A stretch of 64,000 nucleotides of DNA from Eledone cirrhosa (GCA_964016885.1 OZ024741.1:219232001-219296000), one strand, 5' to 3'. Numbered from the stretch's first letter, positions 39,123-50,070 are shown. Numbers and translations are program-made. Notes: generated by a model not told the origin, from the sequence alone.

Positions 39123-41751
39123 CAAAGGTTCTCAACCCATTTCCGCCTTTTGCCCCTCGAAATCACGAAACGCCCCACCTAGCCTATTTTTCCATTTTTC
39201 AATATATTACTGATTTTGATATCAGTAGATTACTAAAAATGTGATTAACGATATTCCAAAGATACCATTGCAGGCAGTTTAAAGTATATAAATTTAAAAA
39301 AAAGGAACATAAATGTTCTTTTTTATGAATAAGGACCAGTTGAATTTGTTATATTCCCACCAGGCAATACCAGCTATTTTGAACATTTATACAAGAGCAA
39401 CTCTGTCTATCCAAAGAGTGCTCTTATCTGCAAGAAAGTGGCAATTATATCATTTCAAAGCTTTCCAATTTTCCCTTTAATGAAACGGACAGAATAAATG
39501 TTGATATCTAACTTGATGTCCTCCTCAGCTTTGTGAGCTTAGAGACCACGCAAGAGGGATTTCATGACCATGTAAGAGGGTATATTCATTAGTAAACGGT
39601 AAAATATATACAACAAATGAGTAAGTGAATTGTGGTAGATGGTTTCCAGTCCAGTCAGACTGCAACTACAAATAAAAAATCGACTTACTTTGACCTCGTT
39701 TCAATGGGACCCTTGAGCTTCATGGAGTTTAGCTAACTCTTTGACGTCAAGCTAGATTTTCCTAAGATGTAGCCAGAGATCTCCACGTGTAATTACATTG
39801 TAGTGGTTGCGAGCCTTACTGTGCAGTCTGGAAACAGCGCCAGACCCCCTCTCGACTAAGTATGAGCTAGGAAAAGGCAAAGCAAATCTCTTACAATCTG
39901 CATGTAGGAGTGGAAATCGACGCTGAATTTCCTCTTGCATCCAAAAAGGGGGTTCACCTATTTTGGAAAATTTAATTTTGATAATGTCATCTGTCTGAAG
40001 TTCAATTAATTCTTCCTGAAATTGAACGTCCAAATCGTCGACGTTAGCTATGAAGGGATCTGCTATCCACATTGGGATGTCCACCTGCAAAAGGTCGACA
40101 AACCATTCTCTCATGTTGTCTTGTAGTGCACGGAGGTGCGAGGTATAAATTTGGAGTTGGTCATCGCTCACAATGTTTTGAACATTGGCGACACTAGGAA
40201 AATTATAGAATTCCCGTCGACAAAGATTCCTTTCGATGACTTTCAATTTGGCCAGGAATATTTTCACAGCCTTTCTTGCTTTAAACAAGGTGATCTTCTC
40301 TCCCGCAAAGCCATAATGAGGCTATTGCATTTGTTGAAGATGTCGGCGAGGTAGGCGCAGTCTTGCCTCACATCGAGGGTTTTTTATACAGTTCTGTGTT
40401 GCGTCCTCGAAGAAACTCAATGATAGAGTCGAACAGTTCAAAGAAGCGAGTAAGGTACTTACCATTTGAAAGCCACCTCACTTCAGTATGAAGGAGCAAC
40501 TCGACGAATTTTTCGTCATTATCTTCACACAGTTGCCGGAAAATTCGTTCATTGAGGGCATGGCGTTTGATATAATTGATGACATCAATGGCTACCTGCA
40601 AACACTTGCTCAGTGGCTCGCTGAGTTTCTTCGCAGCCAAGTGTTGTCGATGAATGACACAATGAACAGCAAATACAGATGGATTTTACCTCTTCAGAAG
40701 AGAGACGAAACCCTTATGTTGGCCGACCATTGCTCTTGACTCACTCGATATGTAAATTAGGCTGCTCAGCCGTTAATATGCATGAGGAAAGTATATACTT
40801 TCAGACGTTCAATCATCTGGCAGGAAGGTATACGTTGCTGACGATAGCTAATAAGCTTCAAACTAGTACAGCGTTCCTTTGTCAGTGTTGAACAAATGAG
40901 CAACGATGGTTGCTAGACACTGTACGGCTTAATACGGGATGTTTGTTTACATGGCCTCAGCCGGATGGCTGAAACAGGTAAAAGGGTAAAAGAGTAAACA
41001 CACCGAGCATTATAATAAATGTTCAGTGAATCCATACGTACACATATATATGTGTGCATGTATGTATATATATATACATACTACTGTACGTCTGTATACA
41101 TATATGTATGTACGTATACATACTTATATTTAAGTAACAGCCGTACTAAGAGTTAGAAATGAAATTTCGTTTAATTTTTTTCCGTTTATATATACATGCA
41201 TTTATATTTAAGTGTGTAAGGATGTTAATATGATCTATGTGTTATTTTTTGGTAAGGAGAAAAATTTTGTCGCCAGATTTTATTACCTAGGGAAATTAAA
41301 TACCACACCTCTGGCTGAAAGCTCGCCGGGTTCTCAACCTCATCAAACACTAACGCCGCCCTGTGTGTGTATATATGTGTGTGAATGTATGTATGTATGT
41401 ATGTATGTGTGTGTATGTTCACCACCATTGCTTCTTTTTGTTGTCATTTCTGTTGAAGTAGTCCTTACTTTCATTCTCTTTGATTTCTTTTGATTTTCTT
41501 TTATCTCCATAGGGAATTCGGTGACAAGCTTCTTTTATTTATTTTTTTCGTTTTCTTCATTCAAATCCATTCACACTGGCTGTCTAAGAGACGTACAAAT
41601 ATGACTTATAAAACTTACCAAACTAAAGGGGCTTCTAGCGCCCCCAAAGTTTTAAACGCCCCCTAACGCCCCCTTACTGCATAACACCCCTCTGGAGCTA
41701 CGAAACGCCCCCCAGGGGCAATATGCCGCCCCCCCCCGTTGAGAACCTTTG
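39123..41751 (-). mobile_element. hAT DNA transposon, Buster/Charlie group
   Basis: TIRs CAAAGGTTCTCAAC / GTTGAGAACCTTTG with an identical 8-bp TSD ATCTATAT on both sides. Confidence 0.93.
39700..40745 (-). pseudogene. Disrupted Buster-type hAT transposase (ZBED5/SCAND3-like C-terminal half)
   Basis: CVIHRQHLAAKKLS, LLLHTEVRWLS, EELIELQTD and LPFPSSYLVERG, split across frames. Confidence 0.9.
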
Positions 41752-42486
41752 ATCTATATATAAATCTTAGCGACTTCTGTCTGTCACATAATGTGGTGGT
41801 CGTAATGGTGATGGTGGTGGTCGTAATGGTGATGGTGGTAGTGGTAGTAAATCTACCAATTCTTCCATTCACAGCACCAAGTCTTCAGCAATGTGCTGCT
41901 GACATTTTATTTTCATTTATACAACAAGTATTACTCTCTTGATTATAATTTCCTCACAATAACAAACTAACTTTTCACAGATCTAACACTGTGTTTACTA
42001 ATTCACAAATGTTTTTATCACTGTCGATTAATTAAGACTCATCAATACTTCTTATTCATTAATGTCTGACATCTAATCTCCAGATTTAGTATCAATCATT
42101 TATAGCATGTAGAATGAAATCTCTAATCCAGAGATTTCAGATTAAATTGAAGAACATTTTAATTATTATTATCTTTTGTGTATGTATGTATATGTGTGCC
42201 TGTCTGTGTGTGTCTCTGTATGTATGTATGTATGTATGTATGTATGTATGTATGTATGTATGTATGTATGTATGTATGTATGTATGTATGTATGTATGTA
42301 TGTGTGTGATTGTGTGTGTGTGTGTGTTTTGTAGGAGCCCGCGTTGTATGTGTGTCAGTGCATGGATGTTTGAGCGTACTTACACTCAAACATCTATGCA
42401 CTGACACACATACAATGAGGGAGAGAGAGAGGGGGAGAGAGAGAGAGAGAGAAGAATGCTTGTGCATGAATGCACGTATATGAGTG

Positions 42487-42521
<35 letters not shown>

Positions 42522-42646
42522 GTTATTCCGGGTTGAATCGGAGGTAACCACAGTAAGTAAGGTACTCAATACATAGCAGAGTATAAAAGTTTTAATATAG
42601 ATGAGATTCTACAGGACTAGAACTGTTTCATTCATTAGAAATCATC

Positions 42647-42697
42647 AGATTCCTGATGATTTCTAATGAATGAAACAGTTCTAGTCCTGTAGAATCT
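42647..42697 (+). ncRNA. Type I hammerhead ribozyme inside a fold-back
   Basis: Stem I AGATTC/GAATCT; CTGATGA; short stem II TTC-TAAT-GAA; GAAA; stem III ACAG/CTGT; cleavage triplet GUA. Confidence 0.7.
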
Positions 42698-42713
42698 CAT
42701 CTATATTAAAACT

Positions 42714-42776
<63 letters not shown>

Positions 42777-42984
42777 AACCAGTAAGACCCCGACAGCTGA
42801 GCTCAAGCCGTTTCGACGGCTAATTCTGAGAATTAGCCGTCGAAACGGCTTGAGCTCAGCTGTCGGGGTCTTACTGGTTCCTATTACCCACTCTTCTACC
42901 CCAAGTATTGAGTACTTTTGTGCGTTATGGTCCACCTGATTCCTTACCACATTTCCTTCGTTATATATATATATATATATATAT

Positions 42985-43017
<33 letters not shown>

Positions 43018-43560
43018 GTTTAACATCTGTTTTCCACGCTAGCATGGGTTAGACGGGAGTTGTCCCACTTGAGGCAAGATTGGTCGGGTGACCGTGTCTC
43101 GCACGTATAGGACTATCTGGCAGGTTTTCTATGGCTGGATGCCCTTCCTAACACCAACCACATTTACAGTGTGGACTGGGAACTTTTTACCGTGTTACCT
43201 ACACGACCACATTACAGCGTGGGCTGTGTGTTTTTTTTGTCGTGACACCTACACGATCTCGATCTGATTATCTCATTTATTTGGACTGGATGTTGTGGTA
43301 CCAACTTTACAGAGAAAGGGTGATGTTGGTGGGAGTGGGAGGATAGAGTAGGGGTGGTGGATTGGGGTGTATATTTGGTTAAGAGGTGCCTACTGACTCT
43401 AGGTTTCGCTTTGTACATAGGCAAGGCGGGTCTTCTGTATGACTGCGTAACACCAAAGATCTCGGTCCAGTGACATTGTCTTAGAGAGGTTGAAGTGTGT
43501 AAGGTCGGAATTTATCAGATCGTCCCAGGTTTTTCTGGGTCTACCTACTCCGTAACTACC
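42985..43560 (-). mobile_element. RTE LINE 3' end (PHD family)
   Basis: Close reverse-complement match to 58860-59420; GSYGVGRPRKTWDDLINSDL. Confidence 0.9.
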
Positions 43561-43603
<43 letters not shown>

Positions 43604-43672
43604 AATACACACCCACCCTTGCAAGCAGGGAAAAGCGGACGTAAAATGTCGATGATGATGATGATGATGACA

Positions 43673-43721
<49 letters not shown>

Positions 43722-43824
43722 TCCAAGAGATGTCAACATGAATGGACCTGTTATTCTTATCTAAAGACATTTTTTTCCAATTCCAAACCACCCGTCCCTT
43801 CAATCTATCTTAGTTCTCATTCTT

Positions 43825-43860
43825 TCTTCTGATGAAGGACTAGCGTCTGAAACGTTAAGA
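43825..43860 (+). ncRNA. Minimal type I hammerhead ribozyme
   Basis: TCTT CTGATGA A GGAC-TAGC-GTCT GAAA CG TT AAGA, with palindromic AACGTT in place of stem III. Confidence 0.6.
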
Positions 43861-44556
43861 CCCTCTTCCTTCTATATCAAGCGTTAACCTAATATATTCC
43901 TTCCATATACAGTACCGATTGTGTTGTTATGTGCAAGGTTAGGAGTCGTAGAGTAAGAAATTTAAATGGTATTTCTATTAAAAATGTTACTATATTTATG
44001 TGCTGGGGGGAAATGTTTCATAATAAGGGAGAGAAAGATCTTAGCTAATGGTGTGGCCACCTCCATATTATATAGTGGGTTATACCATATAATGCGTCGG
44101 GATCTATTTCTTCTAGGTCTATTCTCGTACTCGTATTATCTTCGTTTTTTCCGTTCATTACCAGAGAACGTCTCCACGAACCACCTAATAGAATATTAGT
44201 CTACGACTTCATTTATACCATAAACGTGGTTTTATCTTTGCGTGTAATTGTTTTTCACCGCACCAAATTATGACGTATTATCTTCCTTTTTTTTCCGTTC
44301 TTTGCCAGAGAACGTTTCCACGAACCAAAGTATCGTCTTCCTGTCTTCCTTCGGTTGCAACGTTTTTTGAAATATTTACATCTGAGTTCACAGATTGACT
44401 TTTTTAGTTTCAGATGATCCCGTTAAGGGTGAAAGCAGCGATTCTTTGCTTAAACTTTAATCTGTTATTTGAATAAATATTTGCTCTACAGTTCTTATAT
44501 ATATGATATATATTTACCCTTATCGAGCCCTCTTTGGATTTTAGTCTTCAAATGTA

Positions 44557-44600
<44 letters not shown>

Positions 44601-44736
44601 AAATTAAATTAAGGGTGTCATGTCCGATAGACATGCACCATATCCACTGTAGAATATGCTCAAATATTCCAATGAATAGATCCGAGCATTTTATATCTAC
44701 TAGAAATTGATTGACATATATATATATATCTAAAGA

Positions 44737-45170
44737 AGGTGCATGCCTTAGTGGTTAGAGCATTGGGCTTGCAATCGAAAGGTTGTGAGTTCAATTCTCG
44801 GACCGGGTGTTGTGTTGTTTCCTTGAGCAAGACACTTTATTTTACATTGCTCCAGTTTACTCAGCTGTAGAAATGAGATGATAGGACTGGTGTCCCTATC
44901 ATTCCACTGCAAAGTGGTCGTGGAGGTGCCATGGCAAAAAAAGCATACAGCCCACACTGTAAAGTGGACGTGTAGGCGCCACGGAAAAAAAAGCACCAGC
45001 ACTCACTGTAAATGAGGTTGGTGTTAGGAAGGGCATCCAGTTGTAGAAATCAAGCCAGAATCAGTTCCTGTAGGAGCAAGACAAGGTCAGCCAACCGGAC
45101 ACTGCCCACAACAGGGCAACCCATCTAACCCATGCTAGCGTGGAAGAACGGACGTAAAACGGTGATGATG
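44737..45170 (+). mobile_element. Full-length tRNA-head, CORE-like SINE with RTE-type tail
   Basis: TAGTGGTTAGAGC (A box), GAGTTCAATTC (B box), CCTTGAGCAAGACACTTT..CTCAGCTGTAGAAATGAG, two 48-bp-like units, GGAAGGGCATCC, AACCCATGCTAGC..(GAT)n. Confidence 0.8.
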
Positions 45171-45579
45171 AAAATAAACACATGAAACAATCACAGGGAA
45201 TAATTTGTAAAAATGTGCAAGCACACACAGCTAGGTAGGTAACTAATTCAAGTTTAACTAGAACTTTAAATATAGATACCTTTTAAAATGATTAATCTTC
45301 CTTGTATATATTTCATTAAAGAAATATATTTCACCATCAATCAGTAAATCACAGTAGTCAAATCCCGGATTTTCAACAATTATACAATAATTTTACAAAT
45401 TCAACAATCATTTTACAAATTATTCCCTGTGATATGTTTATTTTAGATATATATATATATATCAATCAATTTCTAGTTGATATATATATATATATAATTT
45501 TTCTTTTGCAATATATATACAGATGTGTTGGTATCTGTGTTTCATCACATACATATTAATTTATATATATATATATATA

Positions 45580-47160
45580 AATTACAGAATAATCAAAACT
45601 ATGTTCAAAGCATTTTATTGCTGACAATCGTTTCTTCCAAACTTTCGTTTAGAATCATTGGATCACTAGCAAAGTTTAGACATAATTAACCTCCTATTCC
45701 ACAGAACAATCGTAATGCTACCCCTAACAACTATGCAACTACATAACATATTAACCAGCAAGTAAACAACCAGAATAACTGTAACTGTAGAACAAATAGA
45801 ATCTGTCCCTTAGGAAAAAATTGCTTAATCAAAGACATCATTTACTCATGCACAATCAATACAAACAACACTTCAAACACATATATCGGTTCTACTTCGA
45901 ACTCCTTCAAGACGAGATATAACTCGCATCTCCACACTTTCAAAAATCGCAATCTAGCCAACTCCACTTCTTTATCTAAATACATACACTCTCTGAAAAC
46001 TAAGAATAGACCATATACACTTCAATGAGAAGTAATAGATAAGGCCGCATCGTATAAACCACCGTATAAATTATGTAACCTCTGTCTTCTAGAGACTCAC
46101 ACTATAATCTATTCTAAGCTAAACCTTTTAAATAGAAAATGAGAAAGTTTTTCCATGTACCAACACTACCACCGACACTCTTTCCACAACTTCAAACCTA
46201 GCTGATACTATATAACAATGTCAGATCTGGATTCCTCACCACCATTAACACTTTACCTCTAGGTTTTATTAGCATATAATCACCCCCACAGCATCACATT
46301 CTATGATCAGCTCATTCCTATACTTACCTCCTATTTATCTCAAATCCTATACTCTACAATAACTATTAGGAATAAACATAAAGTTACCACCATTTATTAT
46401 AACTACAATAACTTCCTTACTAATATTTTATTCATTTAATTAATATATGGGTAGGTAGTGATAAAATGAGACCTTTAAGGTATTATATGGAAAAAAGATT
46501 TTATTTAAAATTAAATATATAAATTTTAAAATAAATAGCATTATATAAAAGGATTCACTTATAACATAACATATTGTATATTAACACATAGAATGTAACT
46601 ATCTGGAGTTGTAAACAACTATACATTTTTCTCTTATATACAAATTAATCGCCAATTACCTCCCCTTTCACATTAGCTCCCCTTAGTATAGATCTCTAAT
46701 CACTTCCTCAAATTAAACCATTAGACAAATCACTCCAGAACAACTCGAACCCTTGATAATATTGTAATAGGACCAATATACAATCCATAGTTGTCACTAC
46801 TGATAAACATTCACTAAAATATAACCAATGTAATGGAAAGGAAAACCTTAATATTAATACTCTCAACACATGCATATTTGAACATTACCGGAACAATTAT
46901 CACATTGCATCCACCATAAACTTCATAGAAACTGCTTTTCATACCCACTCATCTGTCTGCTTAATATGCTTTTATACCTGTATTGTATTATGTGATACCT
47001 TTGCCATACTGTGATATATATGCTTAGTTCCATTGCTTGTTTCTTACCTGGTTATTCTGTACATGCCTAATACCTCTGCACTCTTTCTATACGCCAGCAT
47101 ATGTACCGCTAATGTCCTGTCCTCGTTTTGCGAGTAACTTTCTTCTTTAATTCCTCTATA
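45580..47160 (+). mobile_element. 5'-truncated Penelope-like element (GIY-YIG remnant) preceded by an inverted pLTR stub
   Basis: 45775-46200 translates to CNCRTNRICPLGKNCLIKDIIYSCTI..TYIGSTSNSFKTRYNSH..TSLSKYI..LCNLCLLE..LLNRK, with two in-frame TGA. The 3' boundary is approximate. Confidence 0.8.
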
Positions 47161-47298
47161 ATTGTTGTATTAGAGTTACGCCCCTGGAGTTCAAATCGCG
47201 CAGAGGTTAACTTTGCCTTTCATCCTTACGGGGTCGATAAAATAAAGTACCAGTAATGTACAGTAATTGCTGGCCTTGTGCCAAAAGTAGAAACAATT

Positions 47299-47330
<32 letters not shown>

Positions 47331-47576
47331 TATTTATAGGAAGGACCCTTCAGTTGTGTCAAAGACATGGCAACCTCTCTTGTGTTGGTGATCTCCACAA
47401 TAAACTGTCAGAGCTAGTGAAAATATATGATATTTTCTAAAATACACAGTGACTGACTTGCCTGATTTGCATATTAGCAGACTGGCTGATCAGTCAGATC
47501 TGCATATTAGCAGATCAACTGATCAGCCAGATTTGCATATATCTTCACTAGCTCTGACAGTTGGCAGGTGAACAGT

Positions 47577-47626
47577 GAACTGTACTGATGAAGGGTATTA
47601 CCCAGAAACATTAGTGTCTGCAGTTC
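47577..47626 (+). ncRNA. Canonical type I hammerhead ribozyme
   Basis: Stem I GAACTGTA/TGCAGTTC; CTGATGA; stem II GGGT-ATT-ACCC; GAAA; stem III ACA-TTAG-TGT; GUC cleavage triplet. Confidence 0.82.
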
Positions 47627-48057
47627 TGTTTATATGCCAACACAAGAGCAAGAATGAGGGGCTTGTTTGCATAATTGCAAACGAATTGAATATTATTATT
47701 AATATTCGAAAAATTCAGATTACATTTATTGTAGTCAGCCATGTGGAGGGATAATTTTTTTATTTTTATTATATATATGTATATATATATAAGAAATAAG
47801 ATTTCGCTTCAAGCATAGCTTTATACAATATGCATAGAAATTTCATATTTCTAAAGAAATACGGTTTTAGGATGTTAGGATGTTAGCTATGCAAACACCG
47901 TGGGTGGGTGGGGGCGGGGGACAACCGTCTATGCATTTCAGTTGAGCCAACTTATGCAGCTTCATATGCAAATGAGATTAATCACCTCATTTACAGAGAC
48001 GAGAAAACTATATATTCTCGACTGTTTTCAAGTCCAGCAGTAGCAAGTGGTGGGAGG

Positions 48058-48103
48058 GACCGCCCTGACGAAGGCCAGTCAAGCCTGAAATGCATTAACG
48101 GTT
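48058..48103 (+). ncRNA. Hammerhead ribozyme, degenerate stem I
   Basis: GACCGCC CTGACGA AGGC-CAGTCAA-GCCT GAAA TGCA TT AACGGTT, with palindromic ATGCAT at stem III. Confidence 0.6.
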
Positions 48104-48208
48104 GTCCCCCTTGCTTCTGCTGGACACCACCAGAAGGCATTAGCCCCCTTGTTATTTGCATAGCTACGGCTTCCTAAAACCGTATTTCTTTAGAAATATG
48201 AAATTTCT

Positions 48209-48277
<69 letters not shown>

Positions 48278-48680
48278 CATCATTATACAGGCATTGCCAT
48301 ATTCTGGATCAATTGTTATTCAAAGTTATCACCCTCATACATGTGCTGGAGGACCATGTCTCATTCTTCAATTCCATTGGCATAGTTTCAATGTTTGGAA
48401 GCCCTTCCTAACACCAACCACTTTATTAGCTACATTTTATCATGGCACAAGCTTTAGAGCAGTTGCTATATCCTAGACACAACTGAAGAATCCTCTTAAC
48501 ACTTTGCTTGGCATAGTTTCAATGTTTGGATGCACTTCCTAACACCAATCACTTTACTGGCCTTGTTTTATCATGGCAACAACACTAGCGGTGATTGTAA
48601 AGTTCTAGGCACAAATGAATTGCATTTTTTTTCTGTCTCCAAATGTTGTTTACATGTTTTATTCAACCATATTATTTATA

Positions 48681-48845
48681 AGTGGATTGGCAGTATCGGT
48701 AGAGAGTCGGACGCCATGCTTTACGGTTTGAGTTCAAATCCCTCCGAGGTTCACTTTGCCTTTCATCCTTACGGGGTCGATAAAATAGAGTACCAGTAAT
48801 GTACTGGGTAATTGCTGGCCTTGTGCCAAAAGTAGAAACAATTAT
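48681..48845 (+). mobile_element. tRNA-derived SINE
   Basis: Family head and central block. Further copies lie at 38360-38520 (-), 47174-47300 (+) and 62802-62935 (-). Confidence 0.85.
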
Positions 48846-49968
48846 TTATAATTATCAACAATAAAATACCCATAATGCACTCTGTAGAGCATGGTAATGT
48901 ATGTAAGCATGTTGTGGTGTAATGACCAAAAGAATATGATAATGACTGAAAGAATACGATCGCGAATACAAGCGGCCCAAATAGAGTGTCTCCAAAAGGT
49001 CTTTGGAGTAACATTACTCAGTAGAGTGCGTAGTTTGGAGATCAGAGATCAGAGATCACAGCTCTGACACTATGGGTATCAAGTTAGAATGTCTCAGGAA
49101 AGAATCACTGGACAGATTTTACAAGTAAAACCAATCAACAGGAGAATCAGGGGTAGACCCTGATCAAAATGGTTGGATAACATCCAGGAGCTGGGTTGGG
49201 GATCCAGCCAGATCAATTGGAGATGGTTGCTTCTGTCACGACCTGCTTGAAGGAATGTTTGAGGACTCTGCCCCTACAACCCTCTCAGGAATAGGTGAGC
49301 ATAAAAGAAGATGTGGTGCCCCTGACTAGTCTTCAAGGGCAGTAGCTCCGATTAAGTATTTTAGCCCTTAAAACATATGTTAATGATGCTGATGATGATG
49401 ATGATTTAAGATTACTTAAGTGTATAAAAGAAGTTATCTGCTCAGATTAAGTAAATAGACTCTGATAATTGTAAACAAAAACAATAGAGCCAGTCATACT
49501 ATAATCTCTTCAAATATGATTAGATTTAAAATGGTTTACTAATCTTATAAACTCCGCATGAACATGAAAAGTTATAAACATAGGTATTGCTGTACAAGGC
49601 AGTGAATTAGAACAATGGATAGAATAATTTGTGGTGTTCGTTCTGGCTCTCTATACACTCTGGGTTCAAATCTTGCTGGGGGATGATGGTATAGAGGGAC
49701 TTGATGTCGAGTGTGAAGAGTGCTGGGTCGTATACACAATCATTGAAAAGCAGATGTACTACAGATGATAATGATGATGATGATGATGATATATATATAT
49801 ATATATATATATCCAGGGAGTGTAACTTTGAGTTACTGTAGGTTCACCCGGGTGAGCACTCGATGTTTAGGTTCACTTCAGTGTCGAGGTGTAGAGCTAG
49901 ACAGAGTGTATTATCGTGAAATAAAATAACAAGGACGATTGGTTACTCCTTCATTGCATTTAGCGGTT

Positions 49969-50053
49969 GGTGACGCGTGTTTCACCACTGATTAGCTGAA
50001 GGTTTGATCTATATCGATCTAGCCCGACTCTGTAATCTGCGGCTCATCAGACC
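49969..50053 (-). ncRNA. Hammerhead ribozyme with extended stem II
   Basis: Minus strand: GGT CTGATGA GCCGCAGATTA..TAATCAGTGGT GAAA CACGCG TC ACC. Confidence 0.62.
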
Positions 50054-50070
50054 CCTTACAATGGTATATA

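Noticed and set aside
39700-40745. Domesticated ZBED5/SCAND3-like gene
   Set aside because: Disrupted frames and enclosed by TIRs and a TSD.
44737-44810. tRNA gene
   Set aside because: A/B boxes are present but run into SINE body and tail; no complete cloverleaf.
46020-46145. In-frame TGA codons in the GIY-YIG remnant as possible selenocysteine
   Set aside because: They fall at positions expected to be Trp and Arg (TGG/CGA to TGA), not Cys, and no SECIS was recognised.
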